This document shows positions 30,959 through 40,633 of a stretch of 64,000 bases of DNA, in pieces (position 1 is the stretch's first letter; the number at the start of each line of letters is the position of its first letter). Origin of the DNA: Chitinophagaceae bacterium (GTDB taxonomy: Bacteria; Bacteroidota; Bacteroidia; Chitinophagales; Chitinophagaceae); the NCBI GenBank assembly GCA_947374225.1, contig CANCAY010000001.1, forward strand, positions 48,841-112,840, in the 5' to 3' direction. The notes below the pieces were generated by a model. That model worked only from the letters and a program-made list of their open reading frames with translations. It did no database searches and was not told the origin of the DNA. Made by a program: the position numbers and the translations under genes.

Positions 30959-33652
30959 ATGATGAACAGCTCAGAAATAAGACAACAGTTTTTAGACTTT
31001 TTTGCTTCTAAAGGCCACGCAATTGTGCCATCAGCACCTATTGTTGTGAAGAATGACCCTACATTACTATTTACAAATGCAGGTATGAATCAGTTTAAAG
31101 ACTATTTCTTAGGAAATCAGACTCCTGCTCATAGTAGAATTGCGGATACTCAAAAATGTCTACGTGTAAGTGGAAAACATAATGACTTGGAAGAAGTGGG
31201 TGTTGACACTTATCATCATACCATGTTTGAAATGTTAGGCAACTGGAGTTTTGGAGATTACTTTAAAGGGGAGGCGATAGAATGGAGCTGGGAATTATTA
31301 ACTAAAGTATATAAAATTGATCCAAAGAAATTATACGTTACTGTTTTTGAAGGAGACGCTTCTGAAAGTTTACCACAGTCTAGTGAAGCATTAAAAGAAT
31401 GGAAAAAATGGGTACCCGAAGAAAAAATCATATTCGGGAATAAGAAAGATAATTTCTGGGAGATGGGCGACACAGGTCCTTGTGGTCCTTGTAGTGAGAT
31501 TCATGTGGATATGAGATCTGAAGAAGAGATTGCGCAAATTCCAGGAAGAGATTTAGTAAACAAAGATCACCCACAAGTAATTGAAATTTGGAACAATGTA
31601 TTTATTCAATACAACCGTAAAAAAGATGGAAGCCTAGAACCCTTACCCAATAAGCATGTTGATACAGGCATGGGCTTTGAAAGATTGGTACGCGTAATTC
31701 AAAATAAGAAAAGCAATTATGATACAGATGTATTTACTGGTACCATTAATGCTGTTGCAAATATTACAGGTCAAACTTATGACTTTAGTGATAGTAAACA
31801 AGCCGTTGCTTTCAGAGTAATTGCGGACCATATACGTGCTATTGCATTTACAATTGCAGACGGACAATTACCTGCTAATACTGGAGCAGGATATGTTATA
31901 AGAAGAATTTTGAGAAGAGCTGTTAGATACTACTATTCTTATTTGGATTACAAACAACCTTTGCTTCATCAATTAATGCCTTTATTAGCAAAACAATTTG
32001 AAAATGTATTCCCAGAATTAAATGGCCAATTAGAATTTGTTAGTAAGGTTGTAAAAGAAGAGGAAGAAGGTTTTTTAAGAACCTTAGAGAAGGGCTTAAA
32101 GCGTATGGATGATATAATTAGCACCCATAAAAAAGGTCAAACAATAGAAGGTAAATTGGTATTTGAGCTATTTGATACTTTTGGATTCCCTGTAGACTTA
32201 ACTAGATTAATCGCTATAGAGAATTATTTAGAAGTTGATGAAGCTGGCTTTGAGAAAGAAATGCAACAGCAAAAAAATAGAAGTCGTGCAGCTACTGCGA
32301 TTGATACAGGAGACTGGATTCAAGTAGGTGAAGACGAAGAAACCAAATTTATAGGGTATACTGAAACCACCGCTACTACCAAAATTGTAAAATATAGAAA
32401 TGTAAAAGCAAAAGGAAAGGAAGCCTACCAATGGGTATTAGCTGTTACCCCTTTTTATGCAGAAAGTGGCGGTCAGGTTGGCGACAAGGGGCTATTTGAG
32501 TTCGAAGACGGCACTCAGATAGAGGTTACAGATACTAAAAAAGAAAATAATTTGTTCATACACTTTACAGATACTTTACCTAATGTAATTGGACATACTG
32601 TTAAAGTTGCAGTGAATAGCACACACAGAATCAATACCACTATTCACCATTCTGCTACACACTTATTACATGCTGCACTTAGAAATATTTTAGGGAAGCA
32701 TGTTGCACAGAAAGGAAGTTTAGTGAACGCAGAACAATTACGTTTTGACTTTTCTCATTTTGCTAAAATGACAGCTGAAGAAATTATAGCAGTAGAGAAA
32801 GTGGTCAATGAAAAAATTAAAGAGAATGTTCCTGTAGTTATTAAAGAAATGAGCAAGGACGAAGCCATTGCATTAGGTGCTATGGCTTTATTTGGAGAAA
32901 AATATGGTGATAAAGTTAGAGTAGTAGTAATGGATCCAAATTACTCTATTGAACTATGCGGCGGTACACATGTAGGTCATACAGGAGAAATTGGAGCATT
33001 CCTATTAAAGTCAGAATCCTCTGTAGCAGCGGGTGTTAGAAGAATAGAAGCGGTAGTAGGTGATGCAGCTATATTATACATAACAGAAGTCAAGGAAAAA
33101 TTACATAAACAAATTGTGCAATTAACAGAAGCATGTGCAAGCATCGCTGTTAAATTAAACACCTCATTTAAAGCCCCTGAATGGAATGAAAATTCTTCAG
33201 TGGATACTTTAAATGACTCTATAGTGGAACTTCAAACGACTCAGAAAGAATTTGCTAAAAAATTAGAAAGCCAAGAAGCTTTATTAGTTAATGAATTATT
33301 TGAAACCTATAGTAAATCATTTGTTTCTATTAATGATGTTGAATTTTTAGGTTTAAACTTAACATTAAGCAGTGCAGAGAATTTGAAAAAACTAGCACAA
33401 TTACTTGGAACAATTCATACTTGTTCCGTTGTTGTACTAACTGCTGCTGTTGGCGAGAAAGCGACCGTTGCTTTAGCAATTAGTGATAGCCTTGTAAGCT
33501 CAAAGAACTGGCAGGCACCACAAATTATTAAAGAAAAAATAGCTCCATTAATTAAAGGCGGTGGCGGTGGTCAACCCACATTAGCAACTGCTGGAGGCCA
33601 AGACATTAGCCAATTAGAACAAGTAATATCTGCTGTAAAAGCAATGTTATAA
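30959..33652 (+). CDS. alaS: alanine--tRNA ligase
   Basis: DPTLLFTNAGMNQFK, HHTMFEMLGNWSFGDYFK, DTGMGFER, editing HSATHLLH and ELCGGTH, GGGGG C-terminus. Confidence 0.98.
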   Translation: MMNSSEIRQQFLDFFASKGHAIVPSAPIVVKNDPTLLFTNAGMNQFKDYFLGNQTPAHSRIADTQKCLRVSGKHNDLEEVGVDTYHHTMFEMLGNWSFGDYFKGEAIEWSWELLTKVYKIDPKKLYVTVFEGDASESLPQSSEALKEWKKWVPEEKIIFGNKKDNFWEMGDTGPCGPCSEIHVDMRSEEEIAQIPGRDLVNKDHPQVIEIWNNVFIQYNRKKDGSLEPLPNKHVDTGMGFERLVRVIQNKKSNYDTDVFTGTINAVANITGQTYDFSDSKQAVAFRVIADHIRAIAFTIADGQLPANTGAGYVIRRILRRAVRYYYSYLDYKQPLLHQLMPLLAKQFENVFPELNGQLEFVSKVVKEEEEGFLRTLEKGLKRMDDIISTHKKGQTIEGKLVFELFDTFGFPVDLTRLIAIENYLEVDEAGFEKEMQQQKNRSRAATAIDTGDWIQVGEDEETKFIGYTETTATTKIVKYRNVKAKGKEAYQWVLAVTPFYAESGGQVGDKGLFEFEDGTQIEVTDTKKENNLFIHFTDTLPNVIGHTVKVAVNSTHRINTTIHHSATHLLHAALRNILGKHVAQKGSLVNAEQLRFDFSHFAKMTAEEIIAVEKVVNEKIKENVPVVIKEMSKDEAIALGAMALFGEKYGDKVRVVVMDPNYSIELCGGTHVGHTGEIGAFLLKSESSVAAGVRRIEAVVGDAAILYITEVKEKLHKQIVQLTEACASIAVKLNTSFKAPEWNENSSVDTLNDSIVELQTTQKEFAKKLESQEALLVNELFETYSKSFVSINDVEFLGLNLTLSSAENLKKLAQLLGTIHTCSVVVLTAAVGEKATVALAISDSLVSSKNWQAPQIIKEKIAPLIKGGGGGQPTLATAGGQDISQLEQVISAVKAML

Positions 33653-33672
33653 AGCATAAAACATTGAAAATC

Positions 33673-33706
33673 AAGGCATCTTTAGTAAAATAAAGATGCT
33701 TTTTTT
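33673..33706 (+). terminator. intrinsic terminator of alaS
   Basis: AGGCATCTTTA/TAAAGATGCTT stem followed by a T run. Confidence 0.75.
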
Positions 33707-33814
33707 ATTTGCTAATGAACCAGTTTTTCAAAAATTTAACATTTCCGAATTGTTTCGTAGTTCAGTTTTTTTCTTAATTTTGTTTTACAAATAATTTCGT
33801 ACTAAATACATTTT

Positions 33815-34846
33815 ATGATAAAGCAAATTGCAACAATAGTAATGTTAAGCACATTAGTTGGACAAACTCAAGTTATGAGTCAAGAGGTTAAAATTGAGAA
33901 TAAAATTGTCACAAAAAAATCTCCCCAATTAATAGATACCACTATCAATCTTACCATTTTAGTAGACGGTGATAAAGTAATAATTAATGGTAAAGAAGCA
34001 GATAAGAACGATCCAAGATTGAAAAAATTAGGAAAAATGAGGATCATTACAAATGACCATAATGGACAATCTAAAGATACTTTAGATGAATTAAATGAGC
34101 TTGAGGGATTAGACAATATAATGGGAGACGATCAATTCAACTTAATGGCTCCTCCGCCACCACCATTGCCCAACAAGGCTTTCCTTGGTGTCATAACTGC
34201 AGAAAATGATTTAGGTGCAATAGTAAATGAAGTAAGTGAGGGAAGTCCTGCAGAAAAAGCAGGGCTTAAAAAAAATGATATTATTACTAAATTGAATGAG
34301 ACTAGTATCAAGGGGCCAAAGGATTTATATGATGCAGTAGGTAAATTAAATGCTGAAGACAAGGTAACTATCAAGTATTTAAGAGCGGGTAAAGAATTAA
34401 AGCTAACTGCGCAATTAGCGAAAAATAAAAACACCCCTAAAGCGCAATATTTTAATTTCAATATTCCAGGAGACATAGACCGTCCGAATTTTAGAAATAA
34501 AATGGGAGATAAAAATTTCAATTTTAGAATGCCTAATATGCCCGACATGGAAGGTATCATTGGTGATATAAAAAAGCCTAAACTAGGTATTTCAATTGAA
34601 GACCTGGAATCCAACGATGGGGTTAAAGTTAAAACAATCATGCCTGGTTCTCCAGCAGAGAAAGCTGGATTCAAAGTGAATGATATTATAGTTTCATTGG
34701 ACAAATCAGAAGTAAAAGAAGTAACAGATTTGAAATGGGAATATTTTGAAGCTGGACAAATATTGAAATTTGGTATTAAAAGAGACGGAATAGCTAAAAC
34801 AATTGAAGTTAAACTTCCTAAAAAGCTAAAAACTGCCGATTTATAA
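33815..34846 (+). CDS. secreted protein with two PDZ domains and no protease domain
   Basis: signal peptide; two FLGV/KLGI...SPAEKAG.K.ND.I repeats; Pro-rich linker. Confidence 0.85.
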   Translation: MIKQIATIVMLSTLVGQTQVMSQEVKIENKIVTKKSPQLIDTTINLTILVDGDKVIINGKEADKNDPRLKKLGKMRIITNDHNGQSKDTLDELNELEGLDNIMGDDQFNLMAPPPPPLPNKAFLGVITAENDLGAIVNEVSEGSPAEKAGLKKNDIITKLNETSIKGPKDLYDAVGKLNAEDKVTIKYLRAGKELKLTAQLAKNKNTPKAQYFNFNIPGDIDRPNFRNKMGDKNFNFRMPNMPDMEGIIGDIKKPKLGISIEDLESNDGVKVKTIMPGSPAEKAGFKVNDIIVSLDKSEVKEVTDLKWEYFEAGQILKFGIKRDGIAKTIEVKLPKKLKTADL

Positions 34847-34873
34847 GTGTTTTATTGAATTGTAATTAATCCT

Positions 34874-34906
34874 AGCCCTTCGAAATACAAATCGAAGGGC
34901 TTTTTT
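34874..34906 (+). terminator. intrinsic terminator of PDZ gene
   Basis: AGCCCTTCGA/TCGAAGGGCT perfect 10-bp stem followed by a T run. Confidence 0.85.
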
Positions 34907-34928
34907 ATGCTAGAGGCCCATTAATTAG

Positions 34929-34936
34929 TACTTTTG
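34929..34936 (+). promoter_or_regulatory. -7 element TACTTTTG, 4 nt before the gatB ATG
   Basis: matches TAnnTTTG; lies just after a terminator, so gatB needs its own promoter. Confidence 0.65.
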
Positions 34937-34940
34937 CCCT

Positions 34941-36386
34941 ATGGCAAATTTGGACAAATATGAAGCTGTTATAGGATTAGAGATTCATGCGCAATTGGCT
35001 ACTCAAAGCAAATTGTTTTGTGGCGACGCAACCAGTTTTGGAGCAGCACCCAATACACATGTTAGTCCTATTACATTAGGTCATCCTGGTACATTACCTA
35101 AGACCAATGCAACAGCAGTTGCTTATGCAATAAAAATGGGATTAGCTTGCAACTGTGCAATTGAAAAAAATAATTATTTCGCAAGAAAAAATTACTTCTA
35201 CCCTGACTTGCCAAAGGGTTATCAAATTTCACAACACACAACTCCAATTTGTGTTGGAGGTAAAGTTCCCATTCAGTTAAATGGGAAAGAAATTGAAGTG
35301 ATACTTAATCGTATTCATTTAGAAGAAGACGCAGGAAAGAGCATACATGACCTTTCTCCTACTGATACTTTTATAGACTTGAATAGAGCTGGAACCCCTC
35401 TAATAGAAATTGTCACAGAACCTTGTATTCATAGTGCAGAGGAAGCATTCTTATATGTCTCTGAAGTAAGAAAAATAGTAAGATGGTTAGATATATGTGA
35501 TGGGAATATGGAAGAAGGAAGCTTAAGATGTGATGCTAATATTTCTGTAAGACTTAAAGGGGCAACACAATTAGGAACTAGAGTAGAAGTTAAAAATTTG
35601 AACTCCATACGCAATATCAAAAAGGCCATTGAATATGAGATTGAAAGATTAATTGATATGGTTGAAAATGGAGAAACTATCATTCAACAAACTAGAAGTT
35701 TTAACGCCGACAATGATACTACGTTTTCAATAAGAGATAAGGAAGATGCCAATGACTATCGCTATTTTCCCGACCCCGATTTAGCACCCTTCCATTTAAC
35801 CGACGATTATATTAATGAAATTAAAGCATCCTTACCATTGCTCCCTAATGCTTTAAAAATAGAATGGAAAAGCAAATATGGCTTATCAGATTATGATGTA
35901 GACCAAATGGGAGAAAACAAACAAGAGGCGGACTTTTATACTTTATGGACAACACAAACAACGCATTATAAAGCGGCCATTAATTGGATATTGGGTCCTA
36001 TAAGAGAATATTTAAACGAGTCCAATTCCAGCTATGCTCAACTAATACCATTACTACCCCATTTAACAAGCTTATTAGACTTAGTAGAAACCAATCAATT
36101 AAGCTTTTCTGTTGCTTCAAGTAAAGTATTAAAGGGTATCATAGCTAATCCGCAAAACCCACTTGAGTTTGCAACCACTAATAATTTATTACAAAGTAAT
36201 TCAGCTGAAGAAATCACTAACTGGGTAGATCAAGTGTTAATAGCAAACCCAGAAAAAGTAGCAGAATATAAAAAAGGTAAAAAAGGGTTAATTGGCTTAT
36301 TTGTTGGAGAAGTCAAAAAATTAAGTAAAGGCCAAGCAGACCCAAAAATTACCACACAGTTATTAGAACAAAAATTATCACAATAA
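34941..36386 (+). CDS. gatB: Asp-tRNA(Asn)/Glu-tRNA(Gln) amidotransferase subunit B
   Basis: IGLEIHAQL, RKNYFYPDLPKGYQISQ, HLEEDAGKS, NRAGTPLIEIVTEP, RCDANISVR, YRYFPDPDL. Confidence 0.97.
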   Translation: MANLDKYEAVIGLEIHAQLATQSKLFCGDATSFGAAPNTHVSPITLGHPGTLPKTNATAVAYAIKMGLACNCAIEKNNYFARKNYFYPDLPKGYQISQHTTPICVGGKVPIQLNGKEIEVILNRIHLEEDAGKSIHDLSPTDTFIDLNRAGTPLIEIVTEPCIHSAEEAFLYVSEVRKIVRWLDICDGNMEEGSLRCDANISVRLKGATQLGTRVEVKNLNSIRNIKKAIEYEIERLIDMVENGETIIQQTRSFNADNDTTFSIRDKEDANDYRYFPDPDLAPFHLTDDYINEIKASLPLLPNALKIEWKSKYGLSDYDVDQMGENKQEADFYTLWTTQTTHYKAAINWILGPIREYLNESNSSYAQLIPLLPHLTSLLDLVETNQLSFSVASSKVLKGIIANPQNPLEFATTNNLLQSNSAEEITNWVDQVLIANPEKVAEYKKGKKGLIGLFVGEVKKLSKGQADPKITTQLLEQKLSQ

Positions 36387-36395
36387 AATTTTACC

Positions 36396-37532
36396 ATGAT
36401 TAATAAAGTATTAAAAATAAGCATTGTTGCCATTATGTTCATTACAAGTAGTTGTAATAACAAAGACAAAGAATCACGCTATAATGTTTCTGGAACCATA
36501 ACACACGCAACTACCCAAAAACTATTATTACAAGAAGTTCCTTATGGAGGAAAGTCTATTGTAACATTAGACTCTATTACCTTAAAAGATGATGGCAAAT
36601 ACAGTTTTGACTTTATTGCTAAGCAAGAAGGCATTTACAGAATTGCTACAGAAAAAGATTTAGAAATTATTTTTATTAATGACGAGGATAATATTCAAAT
36701 CAATGCGGACGCAAATGATTATCAATCTTATACTATTAAAGGGTCAAAAAACAGCACTGAATTACTTGGATTTTTAACTACTTATAGAAAGAAAGATTCT
36801 TCCATTTTTGCTACTTTATATAATCTAGACTATTTACAAAAACAAAAAGCTAAAGACAGTACTATTTTTTGGGTTCAAAAACAGAAGACAGAAAAGATTA
36901 ATGACTTAAATCAATTCATAGAAGCTTCTATCAATAAAGCTACAAGCCCTGCCTTTATTTATTATGCATTAGGCTTAAGTATTAGATCCATGGAGTCTGC
37001 TAAAGTATTGGCATTAGCAAAAGCTGCTGCAGAAAAAACAAAAGCAGAACCTTTGGTACAATTTGTGAATATACTAAACTCTCAGGTTCAGTCTAATGTA
37101 AAAGCAGGCCCTATCGCAATTGGCGAAATGGCTCCCGAAATTGCCTTACAAGACGTGAATGGCAATATCATCACACTAAGTAGCTTAAAAGGAAAATATG
37201 TATTGGTGGATTTCTGGGCTAGCTGGTGTGGCCCTTGTAGAGGAGAAAACCCAAATGTAGTTGCTGCATTTGAAAAATATAAAAAGAAGAATTTCACAGT
37301 ATTTGGTGTCTCTTTAGACGATGACAAAGCAAGCTGGCTAGACGCTATAAAAGAAGATAAACTTAACTGGCAACATGTAAGTGATCTTAAAAAATGGGAA
37401 AGTGTAGTAGTGAGTGCTTATCAAATTGAAGGGATCCCCTTTAATGTTTTGATAGACCCTACTGGAAAAATTATTGGGAAAGAATTAAGAGGTCCCGCTT
37501 TATTGGCTACGCTTGAAACCGTGTTAAAATAA
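36396..37532 (+). CDS. TlpA/ResA-like thiol-disulfide oxidoreductase lipoprotein (N-terminal DUF4369-like domain)
   Basis: lipobox ITSSC, DFWASWCGPCR, GVSLD, WQHVSDLKKW. Confidence 0.88.
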   Translation: MINKVLKISIVAIMFITSSCNNKDKESRYNVSGTITHATTQKLLLQEVPYGGKSIVTLDSITLKDDGKYSFDFIAKQEGIYRIATEKDLEIIFINDEDNIQINADANDYQSYTIKGSKNSTELLGFLTTYRKKDSSIFATLYNLDYLQKQKAKDSTIFWVQKQKTEKINDLNQFIEASINKATSPAFIYYALGLSIRSMESAKVLALAKAAAEKTKAEPLVQFVNILNSQVQSNVKAGPIAIGEMAPEIALQDVNGNIITLSSLKGKYVLVDFWASWCGPCRGENPNVVAAFEKYKKKNFTVFGVSLDDDKASWLDAIKEDKLNWQHVSDLKKWESVVVSAYQIEGIPFNVLIDPTGKIIGKELRGPALLATLETVLK

Positions 37533-37564
37533 ATAATTAGATAGCATTAAAATAATTAAGTGAC

Positions 37565-37615
37565 TTATTCCAAAAGAAAAGCTCCTATTTCGTAGGAGCT
37601 TTTCTTTTGGAATAA
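37565..37615. terminator. bidirectional terminator, perfect 23-bp inverted repeat
   Basis: TTATTCCAAAAGAAAAGCTCCTA-tttcg-TAGGAGCTTTTCTTTTGGAATAA between convergent genes. Confidence 0.85.
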
Positions 37616-37618
37616 AAT

Positions 37619-39958
37619 TTATCGTTGTTTGATGAATGTTTTTATAAGTGCTGGTAGTAATACTAAATTGGTCAAAGTACTTACTACTAGCGTTAAGGAA
37701 GTTAACCAACCTAAAGCCTTGGTCCCTCCAAAATCACTAAAACAAAATATTACAAAGCCAGCTACTAAAACTAGTGAAGTGTAAATGATACTAATTCCTG
37801 TATGTCTGATTGTTTGTACAAGGGTACTATTAACTTGATAGTTTAAATGGGGTAGTTCTTGTTTATAGTTTACTAAGAAGCGTATTGTGACGTCTATAGC
37901 TATCCCCAATGCCACACTAAATACCAATACTGTAGAAGGTTTTAATGAAATACCCACCCAGCCCATAATGCCAGCAGTAATAAGTAGTGGGATAATATTA
38001 GGTATTAATGAACACATTAATATAGGGAAGGACCTAAATAAGAAGATCATACAAACAGCTATTAAAAGAAATGCCCAAAATATAGACTCCCCTAAACCTC
38101 TCACTATAAAATTACTGCCCTCCAAAAAAGTAACACTACTACCAGTAATTTCTACATGGTATTTAGTACTATCAAATAATGCATTCGTTGCACTGTCAAT
38201 TCTATTCAAAAAAGCAGGCAATTTTGCACTACCTATATCTTTCATATTTACACTAATTCTAGTTGCCTTTTTATCAGCATCTATAAACTTACTAAGCAAG
38301 GCTGTAGGTCCTTTATTTACAGATTTTGCTGTTTCAGTTTTTTGATTGGTGTCTTTTTTAGGACTTAAGAATGGTCCAATAAATGCCATTTCAGTTCCAG
38401 TAGGAATGGTATAAGCCAAACTATCTCCGTCGTAAAATGCTTGCTTTGCAAATTTTATACCCTCCATTAATCCAATAGGCTTTCCCAATTCAGGCTGTGC
38501 AATTAAGAATTCATGCAATTGTTCTATTTGTTCTAATGGCTTCAAACTTCGAGTAAGTCCATTTTTTTTCTTAGTGTCTATCACTATTTCTAGTGGCATT
38601 ACTCCCCCCGCGTTTTGCTCAAACCATTTTAAGTCGGTATATAATTTATCTTTCTTAGGTAAGTCGTCAACAATAAAAGCTTCTTTTTTGATTTTCGCTA
38701 ATCCCACACTTGATACTATAACCAATACTATTGTAATTCCAAACACCCATCTAGTATGATCAAATGTCCATTTTTCAATTCTAACTAATACACGTTCTAA
38801 AAATTTATTATCTAAATATTTGACATGATTGGGCTGAGGTGGTTGCAAATAAGTAAGAACAGGTGGGATGAAAAATAAACTAATAAAAAACAATGCCATA
38901 ATATTCAATCCAGAAACCCATCCAAACTCTTTTAACAAAGGGCTCTTTGTAAATGCAAATACAAAGAAGCCAATGGCAGCAGTGATATTACAAAACAAAG
39001 TTACAATACCCATTCTTCCTACCATTTGAACAATCGCTTTTTCTTTGTCAAGTGTTTCCTTAAATGAAGTATGATACTTATTCAAAAAGTATATACAATT
39101 AGGAATACCAATAACTACAATCAATGGCGGTATTAAGGCCGTTAGTAAAGTTATTTTCTGACCTAATAAAACCATTGTGCCAAAGCTCCAAATTACGCCC
39201 ATTGCCACAACAGCCAAACTTAATAGCATAGCAGAGAAAGACCTGAAGAATAATAATAAAGTTATAGCACATAATAAAAGGGAACCGATTAAAAACCAAA
39301 GCATCTCTTTTTTAATGCGCTCAGCTAAAATGGTTCTTATATACGGAAGTCCGCTAACATGCAATGTAAGTGCAGTTTTTTGCTGAAAAATAGCAAGCTT
39401 TGATTCTAGGGTTTTTATAATACGCGTCCTGGATCCACTATTTATAGAATCTGGGATAAAGCTTACTGCCATGATATAGGAACTGCTATCAGGATTGTAT
39501 AATAAATTTTTATAAAAAGGAAGTTGTTCAAATTTATTTTTATCTACTAGTAATGCACTGTCATTTGTATAAGGTGTATTAAAAACTTTTTGAACATTAA
39601 ACTTGGACTCCACACTGTCTTTGATAATATTATAAGCACTTGGCACACCTAGTACTTCAGTGACACCCGCAATTGACTTAATGGAAACTTGTAAATCCTG
39701 CATGGCATTAAATACGGCAGGTGTATATAATTTATCTGTCTGAAAACCTATCACCATTGTTGTTCCGTCTACGCCAAACTGTTGTACAAATTTTTTATAG
39801 ATTATATATTTCTCATTATTCTCAGGTATGGCTTTTGTAAATTCATAGCTCAACTTAATCTGGCTTGCAAAATAACCCATTATTACAGTAGCAATTGCTA
39901 AAACCAACAAAGACGTTCGTCTATACTTAACAATATATTGACCTAAACGATACCACAT
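37619..39958 (-). CDS. MMPL/RND-superfamily membrane transporter
   Basis: two repeats of (TM + periplasmic domain + 5 TM); GIPNCIYFLNKY and GIAIDVTIRF motifs. Confidence 0.85.
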   Translation of the reverse strand: MWYRLGQYIVKYRRTSLLVLAIATVIMGYFASQIKLSYEFTKAIPENNEKYIIYKKFVQQFGVDGTTMVIGFQTDKLYTPAVFNAMQDLQVSIKSIAGVTEVLGVPSAYNIIKDSVESKFNVQKVFNTPYTNDSALLVDKNKFEQLPFYKNLLYNPDSSSYIMAVSFIPDSINSGSRTRIIKTLESKLAIFQQKTALTLHVSGLPYIRTILAERIKKEMLWFLIGSLLLCAITLLLFFRSFSAMLLSLAVVAMGVIWSFGTMVLLGQKITLLTALIPPLIVVIGIPNCIYFLNKYHTSFKETLDKEKAIVQMVGRMGIVTLFCNITAAIGFFVFAFTKSPLLKEFGWVSGLNIMALFFISLFFIPPVLTYLQPPQPNHVKYLDNKFLERVLVRIEKWTFDHTRWVFGITIVLVIVSSVGLAKIKKEAFIVDDLPKKDKLYTDLKWFEQNAGGVMPLEIVIDTKKKNGLTRSLKPLEQIEQLHEFLIAQPELGKPIGLMEGIKFAKQAFYDGDSLAYTIPTGTEMAFIGPFLSPKKDTNQKTETAKSVNKGPTALLSKFIDADKKATRISVNMKDIGSAKLPAFLNRIDSATNALFDSTKYHVEITGSSVTFLEGSNFIVRGLGESIFWAFLLIAVCMIFLFRSFPILMCSLIPNIIPLLITAGIMGWVGISLKPSTVLVFSVALGIAIDVTIRFLVNYKQELPHLNYQVNSTLVQTIRHTGISIIYTSLVLVAGFVIFCFSDFGGTKALGWLTSLTLVVSTLTNLVLLPALIKTFIKQR

Positions 39959-39976
39959 AAACGTGTAATTTAAATA

Positions 39977-40615
39977 TTAAATAACCCACAAATAAGCTGC
40001 TAGCTGTGTTGTTATTCCAATTATAAAACCAACAATTAATTCTTTTCGAGTATGATCACTTACAAGCATTCTTGCACTTGTTACAATTGCTGCAATAAGA
40101 ATTGCTAACATTGACCAAATGACATTGTTAATGGGATAATGAAAGCCAACCATAATCACCGCTGTCAATAAACCACTAACTCCCATGGTATGTAAACTTA
40201 CTTTCATAAAATTATTTACTATTAACCCAACAGCACTTGCTATAAAAATTCCAAAGTAGAAAAACTTTAATGCGATAGGTTGGTCTGTAAAATTTCTACT
40301 TAAATAATACATCCACCAGTAAAAAAACATGGTGATTACATAGGGAATGATCCGCTCTTTTTGAGTTCTTAAGAAGATACTCGTATTTAGTTTTAACCTC
40401 CACATTAAAAACACTGCAAAAGCTGGGAAAAATGCAGTTAACCAAAAAACGCTAAATAGACGCATTTTTAATTGCCATTCCGTAATGCCTATGAATTCAT
40501 AAGGAACTATAGTCATAAGGTACAACATGAAATAAGTCGGAATGAATAAGGGATGGAAAATATAAGAAATAAATTGACCAATATATTTTAAAAAAGAAGG
40601 CTGTGTATTTTCCAT
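39977..40615 (-). CDS. conserved multi-TM membrane protein (PAP2-like C-terminus)
   Basis: ISYIFHPLFIP, KVSLH, ARM...DHT..EL..GF..G pattern. Confidence 0.6.
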   Translation of the reverse strand: MENTQPSFLKYIGQFISYIFHPLFIPTYFMLYLMTIVPYEFIGITEWQLKMRLFSVFWLTAFFPAFAVFLMWRLKLNTSIFLRTQKERIIPYVITMFFYWWMYYLSRNFTDQPIALKFFYFGIFIASAVGLIVNNFMKVSLHTMGVSGLLTAVIMVGFHYPINNVIWSMLAILIAAIVTSARMLVSDHTRKELIVGFIIGITTQLAAYLWVI

Positions 40616-40633
40616 GTAATTATTTGGCTTTAT

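Noticed and set aside
34132-34704. 190-aa antisense ORF
   Set aside because: Lies wholly opposite the PDZ gene and is a typical shadow frame; the same applies to the other short nested ORFs in the track (e.g. 37887-38345, 10481-10870, 14320-14643).
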